Shown here piece by piece: positions 23,101-30,590 of a stretch of DNA of 64,000 nucleotides. The DNA is taken from assembly GCA_964386325.1 (NCBI GenBank), contig CAYLQY010000015.1, positions 3,361-67,360 on the forward strand, in the 5' to 3' direction. How positions within the stretch are numbered: the stretch's first letter is position 1; each line of letters starts with the position of its first letter. Below the pieces are notes generated by a model. The model was given only the letters and a program-made list of their open reading frames with translations. It did no database searches and was not told where the DNA came from. The position numbers were made by a program, and so were the translations under genes. The DNA is from an uncultured Erysipelotrichaceae bacterium (lineage in GTDB: Bacteria > Bacillota_I > Bacilli_A > Erysipelotrichales > Erysipelotrichaceae).

Positions 23101-23845
23101 GTTTTGCTATAGCCAAATCCATTTGTGGAAGTATCATCTCTTCTATCGCTTGATAAAGAGTACTAGTATAATCTATGTTTGCCAATAATTTAGAATCAAC
23201 ATTAAGTGTATTGTATTTACCTTCCACTACAGGAATACTACTAAAACGCATACCTATCGGTACGTTAATTGTAAGCATTTTATTTTCACTCAAAGTATCT
23301 GGAAACTCTACTTTTACTTTAACTTCAACCGCTGGTGATGTTGCTAATGTAGCTGCTGTTAATCCAGTAGTTGAGTTATACCCAATAACCTCAATCGTTA
23401 CGTTTCCCGTGGATAATAAATCAGGCGCAACTGTATCTTCTAAATTTTCAGGTGTACTTGTCGGTTCTTCTGTCGGCTCTGGTATCGGACTTGGCGTAGT
23501 CGTAATAATACCATCTACCGTTACCGTTTCTTTTTGAACCAATGTTTCTTCATTTTTAATATATACGATTTCAAACTCTATATCACCATTCTCAAAAGTT
23601 TGAACTTTTGCAGACTTTGTTCCATCAGAATCCGTCATAATATTTTCATTTCGATAGTTAATTGCTTGGACATCAATCTCGGTGTTTGGCAAAACAGTAA
23701 GCTCAATATTCGCCGCCTGTTTATCTTCTGAATAGGTTATGTTGGAATTCACTAGGATATCTTGTTCTTGAGCATCGATTGGAAAATCGAAAATTGCTAA
23801 AGTTAAAATGATCGATAATAGAGATTTCAAAAGACGATGAATCAT
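17120..23845 (-). CDS. Giant cell-surface protein (about 2241 aa): signal peptide, many Ig-like/DUF5011-like modules, one SdrD-B/Cna-B-like module, Pro-rich stalk, C-terminal TM anchor
   Basis: Start set at the ATG at 23845 (GGGGTGA RBS; MIHRLLKSLLSIILTLAIF signal). The segment FLDLDANGTFDG...DANGIYEFSDV...GYRFTP resembles an SD-repeat B domain. The C-terminus has NPPTPTPSPSPLP, then WWIIIVVVIAGIVIIMLI-KKDDEK. No LPXTG motif. Confidence 0.8.
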   Translation of the reverse strand: MIHRLLKSLLSIILTLAIFDFPIDAQEQDILVNSNITYSEDKQAANIELTVLPNTEIDVQAINYRNENIMTDSDGTKSAKVQTFENGDIEFEIVYIKNEETLVQKETVTVDGIITTTPSPIPEPTEEPTSTPENLEDTVAPDLLSTGNVTIEVIGYNSTTGLTAATLATSPAVEVKVKVEFPDTLSENKMLTINVPIGMRFSSIPVVEGKYNTLNVDSKLLANIDYTSTLYQAIEEMILPQMDLAIAKQTYGSLVYKFKPDTQSIEVNFKIQGDYTLFYGSTEIVDAIQAKVTAGVDNEIVAGSTYAIKLVEISGYPFGYRVYGGTGTVQAIPSTPTETTYGRTNPYFPVDYANLRSPFKPKDPVVSLYYPEGMIFDAILRNGNLYTGNARIEDVPEEHKVNVYFDGYVTIPDPLSVQYIVPEGMEFKKYSNQYHSYITYDTYDGKQLRSANDPRNNIYSVTIINPDTIANKAVISAGATMKTFDSTITDGNYYAGAFSVSNTSGHPLQNQTVEYVIDPNWQVTQVKVPFDAVGDANINSVSYQTNLHPYWRTYNRQNVNDFPTINYVSTTSKLIRGSTLGLVEGEYIIGLKCNIGTLRQDYGIGLLFSKAGITTYGHLKNGIPKATVTIKMYDENNMTNTLVIATSEILALGSNQQSTVGLASDTSISGSAGVVSNILAGKSYHFETTLAIQEYQYLSTTFMRSPIIYLRVPEGIQINLPSLQLFDESGNEVSWTEHQVKDNSGKTVYVINTQNDFVIGNYFYTNAMIKTLKVDFDFSVLINANANAEINFNQFFYWTGTDQYNSVGGYTGMRQDIYDVNGNGDTKEYLQTLNQGANSNVIYPVTSNNSVLVESFIAVEGMEPNGAYDPSNPNTIAYFTPETKANYSLLLTNNTNEAAEEFVAYFPIPKTGINFGANFQSEAFQWDMKLAQAITSGFETANNFTIEYSVDARDENYATATYTTNVTDLTKVTMVRVTAVKPISSQTTATFNVHLQIDETLQSAQAEGKIGKMNEYNPYYYVKSSTFQGSLKGTPIGTQLVIGEIKGKTFLDLDANGTFDGLDVAMPNQSISLWKYNEASSGYEEVVDASNNQIIIQSDANGIYEFSDVHGVTTGIYAIKFELENGYRFTPSLGGSNENLSQVGYVGSNEGWIKGIDPTIPTSQSLNSGYVKYNINDITLIQPNTSSVKLNKLYSATAQFSYLSMSRLLSKTDAYNWELVNPLDNNYVTLLSSKTNTLNVFGKKITQTPIDIELTIRDIYGDTRTFDPITITVLGNNAPVLELNENEVNVSVGDSLDISAAAMLKPITDDYDTLSYSDVRVTSNLDLNKVGYYKVTYAITDSDGNTTSVDLIVKVHGLPYFVDKNGTPVNLTNLPLRKRSNEEALYFSGLHPVYEKVINETTTNRMESIPLGNVANQGVAIVTGIKDSFNITFKPSEDILKVGVYEISYYLENPYGGVTELKRELRVRGNILVRDGTLDYSSTSAVKNYSSLKEFLDANTIRGFYATVEILGQNNIPEIKDLVPDDITYVGDVPFNEIDFTELPSGQTSNTIVIPCEVTDIQSGYSTKTKAINIFVHVFDNSANAPVITINYPITYRLTTDPILMLDGNTEVVPSGGSDFKASDIYKKIMEYASVEPQVSLDIEKIFIETTDTVIDLSNANAESQVIDALKHRGIIEVTYLAEDVNKNVSREIKMFEVATPIEFVNDEQGQQAFVQVVQLRQVDGGLYNPSAYAKYTESNGDEVIYPVYADEISLDNPDVQYVLFSTPQTYEYLPDSNELRANASVQQTLRVQGIVWISDDGIYDYFVDQKIDLNQVTAGFEYVDNTNNLVDKSLGIIYDYPSSTLEVKDYSIVEIQFTAKDNISGAPDNETTYLKKYNFITKPEINTSAEITVKENETEANMEKLMDISATVTLGDGTSADASYIVDFTDVDPLAGGEAVIRATYTLKSGESRTTEQKVNVIVIPKPSITVDSYTLFVGENLDLIGNSKLQIKTNDGVQANLANAKFIQTIPVDGSVVTERGVYDVTVSYEDTVGNNSTAIFQVRVNELPVIGYTAVEQVGLKTSLANLLQMLDAKVSYVNYAGQRIELDKNDIQVNAMDYNPNREGRYTIEFSYEFVPLNKIITASTVVQVIDQNPPTPTPSPSPLPTVPPNNGIPTPPIIQRPVNGGLGDGSNQNRPIQPTTIPGITEDIIVDGFVVKIYRKQNFPKKVKDENYWWIIIVVVIAGIVIIMLIKKDDEK

Positions 23846-23879
23846 AAACTCACCCCTATCTCTATACATCCATCATAAC

Positions 23880-23916
23880 AAAAATTAGCCAAAAGTGTTT
23901 TTTAACACTCTTGGCT
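23880..23916 (-). terminator. Intrinsic terminator of the HD-GYP gene, 35 nt upstream of the giant adhesin start
   Basis: Minus strand reads AGCCAAGAGUGUU-AAAA-AACACUUUUGGCU followed by AAUUUUUG. Confidence 0.65.
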
Positions 23917-25174
23917 ATATTTCAATGCTTCCATATTTTTCAAGTAATAGTTTATACTCGTTGACAATACTCTGATACGCTTGTATTACTTCTTTACTTG
24001 ATTGAGCAACTTCTTCCATAATCACATCAAAATTTCGGATAACGATATTTACAGTACTCGACAATAATTCCCCATCATTTTTCATTTTTTCTAAGATAGT
24101 TATTGTTTTATTTTTATCAAATGCATCTTTGTAACTTCTTTGTCTAACTAATGCACTTACAATGTCCGCAACTGAACAAATGCATTCCGATAATGTTAAA
24201 TCCGCTAAAGTTAACCCTAATGGATAACCACTTCCATTAATCTTCTCATGATGCCTAGATGCTATTCTAGCAATGTCGTTATTAATAACACCCTCTAGAA
24301 TATCTTGAGTCACAGAAACATGCTTCTTCATAACTTCCATCTCATCATAAGTAAGTTTCCCAGGTTTTTCTAATATTTCCACAGGACAAGCAATTTTCCC
24401 AACATCATGCAAAAGTGCTCCAAAGTATAAATTTGATAATTCTTGTTCATCCAAATCCATTCTTTCACCAATGGAGGTGCTTACATTAACAGTTGTAACT
24501 GTATGCAAAACCATGAACTCACTTCTAAAGTCGATCGTATAAGCAATCACCGATAAATAACTTTCAATTTCATCAAACTCATAACTCAAATCTTCTGTCA
24601 TCTTCTTCATCTTTGGAATATAACCTTGATTTTCAATTTCTTCTAGAATTTCTTTATGATTTGGCATTTCTAAAAACTTATCTACCCAATACGGTGATAA
24701 AAGAGTTCCTCTATTTTCGATAATCCATTCTTCACAAAATTTCGCATTGCTATAATTTGTAATTACATCAATTCTATCCGCTAATCGAATTAACCCTGAG
24801 ACATCATTATCTTCTAAGCCTAATTCTTGATAACGACTATAAGATGCATGATGAAACAAAAGAGGTCTTGCTTTCTCTTTCATCGCAGATAAATTTTTAA
24901 GAAATAGATATCCATAAATTGAATGTTGCCAAACATGATTATTTTCAAACGCCATCATGTCATCAATCTCTTCTGTTTTATATGCACCAATGTCATGTAA
25001 GATTCCTAATAAAGCTAACTCATTTATTTCATCTTTAGTAAAACCACCTACTGCATTTAAAATGGTGTAAATAATGTATCCAACTTTTTCGCCATGATCC
25101 ACTAATCGTGCATCCACTTTATTCAGCGTTCGTCTTAAAATTTCTAAAAATTGTAAACTCGTCATTCGTCTCAT
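23915..25174 (-). CDS. Tandem HD / HD-GYP domain protein (putative cyclic dinucleotide phosphodiesterase)
   Basis: 419 aa from the ATG at 25174 (AAGGGGA RBS). The C-terminal domain has LLHDVGK ... HHEKINGSGYP (canonical HD-GYP). The N-terminal HD domain (ILHDIGAYK ... FHHASY) lacks GYP. No TM or receiver domain. Confidence 0.8.
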   Translation of the reverse strand: MRRMTSLQFLEILRRTLNKVDARLVDHGEKVGYIIYTILNAVGGFTKDEINELALLGILHDIGAYKTEEIDDMMAFENNHVWQHSIYGYLFLKNLSAMKEKARPLLFHHASYSRYQELGLEDNDVSGLIRLADRIDVITNYSNAKFCEEWIIENRGTLLSPYWVDKFLEMPNHKEILEEIENQGYIPKMKKMTEDLSYEFDEIESYLSVIAYTIDFRSEFMVLHTVTTVNVSTSIGERMDLDEQELSNLYFGALLHDVGKIACPVEILEKPGKLTYDEMEVMKKHVSVTQDILEGVINNDIARIASRHHEKINGSGYPLGLTLADLTLSECICSVADIVSALVRQRSYKDAFDKNKTITILEKMKNDGELLSSTVNIVIRNFDVIMEEVAQSSKEVIQAYQSIVNEYKLLLEKYGSIEI

Positions 25175-25242
25175 TTTATTCCCCTTATGCGAATCATTAA
25201 AAATCATTTGGTTTCGGAAATAAACTAGGATTTACTTATTCT

Positions 25243-25271
25243 ATTATAGATTCTTACTCTTTCAATCGCAA
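25243..25271 (-). promoter_or_regulatory. Promoter of the HD-GYP gene
   Basis: Minus strand reads TTGCGA - 17 nt - TATAAT. Confidence 0.55.
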
Positions 25272-25300
25272 GAAAGAAAACCTGTAATTTTATACAGGTT
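25271..25300 (-). terminator. Intrinsic terminator of the vWA surface protein gene
   Basis: Minus strand reads AACCUGUA-UAAAAU-UACAGGUU followed by UUCUUUCUU. Confidence 0.65.
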
Positions 25301-25306
25301 CTCTAT

Positions 25307-28300
25307 CTATGCTTGTATTTGTTCCTCAACTTCTTCATCTTCAACTTCATGCCATCTTCTACCTAAGTAGAAGCATAGAATATTTCCTAATGCGAATACA
25401 ATCATCAGTACTGTATACTTATCAACCAATTTCATTGGTAAAGTAATATTTTCTGTTAGAAGGAATATAACGATTGAAATTACCGCAACAATCACACCAA
25501 TTACCTTGTATATACGTTTACGTTCAAATTCATCTTTCACTTCTTGATTTTCTTCGTTTTCTTCTTCTTTTTCATGTTTCGCAAATAGAAGAACTATTGT
25601 CAACAACATTCCAATTAAAGACGCTATTAAATTAATTAACGCCCAACTTCTTCCTGCTACTTCTGGAGTTGTTTCATCAGTAATTGTTTCTGGAGTAGCA
25701 GTTGGTTTTGCTGTTGGAGCCACTTCAGGAGTGTTGTCATCTGGAACAACTTCAGGCTGAGGATTTCTTGGATTTGGGTTTGGTACTACTGGAACAAATA
25801 CTTCCGGTGTTGGTTCTGGTGTTGGATCAACAGGTGGAGTTACTGGATTTGGATTCTTCGAATAATATATCTTAATAATCGTTTTGTCATTAACACTATC
25901 ATTCGCTTTTATTGATGGTGATATGCCACTATAACTGAATCCACTAAAAGATTTTTGCGCAATTGAGTTCGCCGTCACTACTAGTGTATCCGGTGCATTA
26001 ATCCATACTGTTTCTATAAAATCTGTTGTAGTCGTCGCCACTGAATTTCCTTCAAGCCAATGTTCTACAGTGTACTTAATTTCTTTTGTTTGTGTATCAT
26101 CTTTTACATAGTTAATTGTAATTACTGTTCCTTCTATTACAACTGTAGGCACTGCATCTAATGACGCTTGATCTACTTTATAACCAGTATATGTTTTCAC
26201 CTTGATTATATTCGGTGTTCCTTCTGTTGCATTTACCCATACTGTTATTGTTTCGCTATCTATATCTTGAACTGTACCATCAATTTTGTGTTCTACTGAG
26301 TAGTGGATGTCTTTTGTTTGTGTATCGTCTTTTACATAAGTTACTTCAATCTCTGTTTTATCAGCTACAACATCTCCTGCAGTAATAGTTTTACCCGCAG
26401 TATCTTTGATTGTATCTAATTTGTAACCTACTGGTGCTTTTGTTGCGATTGAATCTGCTGTTACTTCTAGTTCATCTGCATCATTAATCCACACTGTCTT
26501 ATTTACCACTACTTCTACTGGTAAACCATTTGGAAGTGTATGTTTTACTTTATAACTTACTTCTTTTGTTTGTGTTTCATCTTTTACATAGTTAATCGTG
26601 ATAACTGTTCCTTCTGTTACAACTGTAGGCACTGCATCTAATGATGCTTGATCTACTTTATAACCAGTATATGTTTTCACCTTGATTGAATTTGGTGTTC
26701 CTTGTGTTGCGTTTGTCCATACTGTGATTGTTTCATTGTCTGTGTCTCTTACAATTCCATTAATCTTGTGTTCAACTTTATAATTGATACTCTTTGTTTG
26801 CGTATCATCTTTTACATAAGTTACTTCAATCTCTGTTTTATCAGCTACAACATCTCCTGCAGTAATAGTTTTACCCGCAGTATCTTTGATTGTATCTAAT
26901 TTGTAACCTACTGGTGCTTTTGTTGCGATTGAATCTGCTGTTACTTCTAGTTCATCTGCATCATTAATCCACACTGTCTTATTTACCACTACTTCTACTG
27001 GTAAACCATTTGGAAGTGTATGTTTTACTTTATAACTTACTTCTTTTGTTTGTGTTTCATCTTTTACATAATTGATTGTGATAATTGAATTATTAGATAC
27101 TTTACTTCCAGGAATAATATCATTTCCTGCTCCATCTTTTATCGTTCCAATTTTATATCCTGCATAATTGCCATTAGTTTTAGGTTGTAGTGATTCAGAA
27201 GTTACAACTATTGTTTTATCTGTTTCTCCACGCCAAATCGTTCCTTCTACCTTCTCACTAGTTGTAGTTCCATTGACTATATGATTTACTGTGTACTCAG
27301 TATTATCAATAATACGTGTATAGTACAGTGTCATATAATTATTTTGTGTATCTCCGTTATTCATCTCTGGTTTAGAACTTGGGTGATTCTCTACAAATGT
27401 ATAATTTGTTAAATATGCGTCATTTACATAATCTTTTGCATATAAAATTTCATCTAAATTTGTTGGTATTTCATACTTTGTAGATGGGAATTGCTCTTCG
27501 AATGTTCCATCTGCATTTTCTAGATAATGCTTTGTATAAAATATAAACGGTGGTACATTATACTCTTTATAACCATAATAAGCATTTTGATCTTTATTTA
27601 TATTATTGATTATTAATCTACTACCTATTGGTGTACTATACTCTGCATCATTGACAAGCACATATTTAGTACCGTTCAATTCAAAAGATGATGGTGGATT
27701 TAAAAGATATGTTCCAAAATCTAAAACACTATTACCATCTTTTTCATACATCTCTGTCTTCAATACAACGCGTTTTGAAAAATCAGTCAGTTCCGCTCCT
27801 GATTGTGAAATTAATTTTCCATTAGCATCAACAAGATAATAATTCATTTTAATTGAACCTTTATCTCCTATTGTTAATGCTGCATTGGGAATATCTTTAT
27901 TTTGAGGTGCATTGTTATAATCAATATAGTCTATATCCGCACTCTTATTTGTTTCAACTAGACCCACTGCATCTGAATTACTAACTCGAACATAAATTGT
28001 TAGTTTTTTCTCAGTTTCTGTAATATCTCCTAAACTCCAAGTTACTTCATTCCCTTTAACTTCTGCTGTTCCATGAGTTGCTTCAAAACTTATAGAACTA
28101 CCTGGTTTATTAGCAATCGAAAAGATTTCGTCATTGATTACATCTGTGATAACACCTTGTGTACCTGCAATCTTCATTTCACCAGCCAATGCTTCATAGA
28201 TTGGTTGTAGTTGTGCTAGTTCTTTGATATCTTTCGCATATTGTGAAGCTGGCTCAGAAGCAAGTGGTTGAATATATTTATCAAATGGAATGTATGTTTC

Positions 28301-29473
28301 ATTTCCTGATTCTTTAATTGGATCCAATTGTAATCCTAATGAATAAACTTTAATTCCATCAGCTTTCAATTCATCTGCGTAAGACTTAGCTGTGTCATAA
28401 TTTCCTTTATTAGGAACTCCATCACTTAAGAAAATGATGAATCTTGGTCTACTATTATCAATATTATTGAACATGTTTGTGGCATATCTAAATGCATCTT
28501 CATAATTTGTTGCATTCCCATTTGGTTTTAAATACTTCCAAACTTCTTGTTGATAAAACTCGACAGAGTTGTATCTTTCATTATTTCCAACGATTATCTC
28601 ATCGTTAACGCCTAAGAACTTCTCTTTGCTTTCTGGATATGCACTATCACTAAAAGAAATCATTCCTATTTTATTAGTTGAAGGTTTACCATCAACATCT
28701 TCATATAATTTACTAACAAATGCTTGCACAGATTCTTTAAGAGGCGTCCAACGATCTACTCCGTTAACCATACTTTGCGAATTATCGACAATTAGCAATA
28801 CATCAGATCCGGTAATAACTGGATTCCCTTTTACTGTAAAATCGATTGCTGCATAACCATTTTGTTCATCAACCCAACGCGCTTCCTTGGTCACAAAGAC
28901 AGCTCCTGGCTCGTCATTACTAGTTCTTGTCGCTATTCTAGCTTTAGAAGGTTGTGCTGATGAATTTATAGTTATTTCTGGACGTTCTATACTCGATTGA
29001 TAATCATAATTGTAGTAAACTACATTATTAGTATCTGCAAGTACAAGTATCTCAGCACTAACTGTTGCTAATGTATAGCCATCCATTGCAAGAGCATAAT
29101 TACGTGCATTGATTTCTTGACCAACAATTAAATCTTCTATAATAATTTCTCTATTTACTTGCTCATCATTTTCAATATATGAATGTATTGTTAAAAGAGT
29201 AGTATTAATTTCTTTTACTTCTTCAATTTTTTCTACTTCTGGTACAGTAGGTGTTACTTCTGGTGTTGCGTCAATTACTGGTGTTGTCTCTGGTGTAGCT
29301 GAAGGTAATACAACTTCTTCAGGAAGTTGTGTTTCAGACACTTCATTTTCTTCAGTTTGAACAATCACCGGTTCTGCACTACTATCTATCGCAAATGCAT
29401 TCCAACTCTCTGTTGGAACCATCGCAAAAACTAACGTTAGCACTACAAATAATTTTAGTAGTTTTTTAATCAT
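25307..29473 (-). CDS. vWA-domain cell-surface protein (about 1388 aa) with repeated beta-rich modules, Pro-rich stalk and a three-TM C-terminal anchor
   Basis: Signal peptide, then MIDAS motif LLIVDNSQSM plus FIIFLSDGVPN. Repeats of roughly 80 and 160 aa (YKVKH.../YKVEH...). The PVTPPVDPTPEPTPE stalk is followed by three hydrophobic segments separated by an acidic loop. No LPXTG. Start moved to the second ATG (29473) for RBS spacing. Confidence 0.8.
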   Translation of the reverse strand: MIKKLLKLFVVLTLVFAMVPTESWNAFAIDSSAEPVIVQTEENEVSETQLPEEVVLPSATPETTPVIDATPEVTPTVPEVEKIEEVKEINTTLLTIHSYIENDEQVNREIIIEDLIVGQEINARNYALAMDGYTLATVSAEILVLADTNNVVYYNYDYQSSIERPEITINSSAQPSKARIATRTSNDEPGAVFVTKEARWVDEQNGYAAIDFTVKGNPVITGSDVLLIVDNSQSMVNGVDRWTPLKESVQAFVSKLYEDVDGKPSTNKIGMISFSDSAYPESKEKFLGVNDEIIVGNNERYNSVEFYQQEVWKYLKPNGNATNYEDAFRYATNMFNNIDNSRPRFIIFLSDGVPNKGNYDTAKSYADELKADGIKVYSLGLQLDPIKESGNETYIPFDKYIQPLASEPASQYAKDIKELAQLQPIYEALAGEMKIAGTQGVITDVINDEIFSIANKPGSSISFEATHGTAEVKGNEVTWSLGDITETEKKLTIYVRVSNSDAVGLVETNKSADIDYIDYNNAPQNKDIPNAALTIGDKGSIKMNYYLVDANGKLISQSGAELTDFSKRVVLKTEMYEKDGNSVLDFGTYLLNPPSSFELNGTKYVLVNDAEYSTPIGSRLIINNINKDQNAYYGYKEYNVPPFIFYTKHYLENADGTFEEQFPSTKYEIPTNLDEILYAKDYVNDAYLTNYTFVENHPSSKPEMNNGDTQNNYMTLYYTRIIDNTEYTVNHIVNGTTTSEKVEGTIWRGETDKTIVVTSESLQPKTNGNYAGYKIGTIKDGAGNDIIPGSKVSNNSIITINYVKDETQTKEVSYKVKHTLPNGLPVEVVVNKTVWINDADELEVTADSIATKAPVGYKLDTIKDTAGKTITAGDVVADKTEIEVTYVKDDTQTKSINYKVEHKINGIVRDTDNETITVWTNATQGTPNSIKVKTYTGYKVDQASLDAVPTVVTEGTVITINYVKDETQTKEVSYKVKHTLPNGLPVEVVVNKTVWINDADELEVTADSIATKAPVGYKLDTIKDTAGKTITAGDVVADKTEIEVTYVKDDTQTKDIHYSVEHKIDGTVQDIDSETITVWVNATEGTPNIIKVKTYTGYKVDQASLDAVPTVVIEGTVITINYVKDDTQTKEIKYTVEHWLEGNSVATTTTDFIETVWINAPDTLVVTANSIAQKSFSGFSYSGISPSIKANDSVNDKTIIKIYYSKNPNPVTPPVDPTPEPTPEVFVPVVPNPNPRNPQPEVVPDDNTPEVAPTAKPTATPETITDETTPEVAGRSWALINLIASLIGMLLTIVLLFAKHEKEEENEENQEVKDEFERKRIYKVIGVIVAVISIVIFLLTENITLPMKLVDKYTVLMIVFALGNILCFYLGRRWHEVEDEEVEEQIQA
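26088..27070 (-). repeat. Intragenic tandem repeat, period 480 bp, about 2 copies
   Basis: Positions 26331-26590 are base-for-base identical to 26811-27070. The flanking parts of the unit (26088-26330 vs 26568-26810) are similar but diverged. Confidence 0.9.
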
Positions 29474-29592
29474 ATACATCTCTCCCCATTTTGCCTGTCT
29501 TTATCATAGAATATAGGAGTTATAATGCGGTTATAAATTAAAAAAAGCTATGATTTCACAAAGTTTTTTGTCATCATTAGCCTTTTTTCTTG

Positions 29593-30582
29593 TTATTCTG
29601 TCTTTAATGCAGCGTCGAAACTTACTTCAGAAGGTTGAAAATCCCATTTTTTAATGTATTCGCACGCTTCCTTAGCACCCGCCATACGTTCCATACCACT
29701 GTCTTCCCATTCCACTGCAACAGGTCCGTGATATCCAATTTGATTCAATTCACGTGTAATATTATCAAAATTTACATCCCCATGTCCTAGTGACACAAAG
29801 TTCCATCCTCTTCTGGTATCACCAAATTCGATATGAGAGCCTAGTATACCCGCACGACCATCTAATCTTACTTTAACATCTTTGGCATGAACATTATAAA
29901 TTCTATCACCAAAATCACGGATGAATAATGCTGGATCCATTCCTTGCCATTGTAAGTGACTAGGATCAAAATTAATTCCTAAAGTTTCACGATAATTGAG
30001 TGTTTCCAATAATTTTTTTGTTGTGTAATAATCAAACGCAATCTCTGTAGGATGAACTTCAAGTGCTAATTTAACACCACATTCATCATATACATCAAAG
30101 ATAGGTGTCCACAATTCTTTTATTTTATTAAATCCATCATCAACCATTTGTTGCGTTGTTTGAGGAAATGAATACCAAAACGCCCAAATTGGTGATCCTA
30201 AAAAGCATGTGACTACTTTTACATTTAATATTTTTGCTGCTCTTGCAATATCTTTCATTCTTTGAATTGCCCATTCACGAATCTTTTCTGGTTGATCTGC
30301 CAATTCATTTGGGGCAAAATTATTTAATCGCGGATCAAAGTTATCACCTACACATTGTCCAACTAAATGCGCTCCTAATGCGCTGATTTTTAAATTGTAT
30401 TTTGATAATGTTGCTTCAAGTTCTTTTACATAGTCTGGTTCAGTTAAAACTCGTGGCACATCGACATGTGCTTGTACTGCAAGTTCTAATCCTTCATAAC
30501 CAAAACTGCTCATTGCTTTACATACTTCATCTAAAGACAAGTCACCATATTGCCCACTGCAAATTGATATCATTCTTTTCAT
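29593..30582 (-). CDS. Sugar phosphate isomerase/epimerase (xylose isomerase-like TIM barrel)
   Basis: 329 aa. The pattern ...LALEVHPTEIAFD...GINFDPSH...HAKD... is typical of the AP-endonuclease-2/xylose-isomerase-like TIM barrel family. Confidence 0.7.
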   Translation of the reverse strand: MKRMISICSGQYGDLSLDEVCKAMSSFGYEGLELAVQAHVDVPRVLTEPDYVKELEATLSKYNLKISALGAHLVGQCVGDNFDPRLNNFAPNELADQPEKIREWAIQRMKDIARAAKILNVKVVTCFLGSPIWAFWYSFPQTTQQMVDDGFNKIKELWTPIFDVYDECGVKLALEVHPTEIAFDYYTTKKLLETLNYRETLGINFDPSHLQWQGMDPALFIRDFGDRIYNVHAKDVKVRLDGRAGILGSHIEFGDTRRGWNFVSLGHGDVNFDNITRELNQIGYHGPVAVEWEDSGMERMAGAKEACEYIKKWDFQPSEVSFDAALKTE

Positions 30583-30590
30583 ATCTTCAC

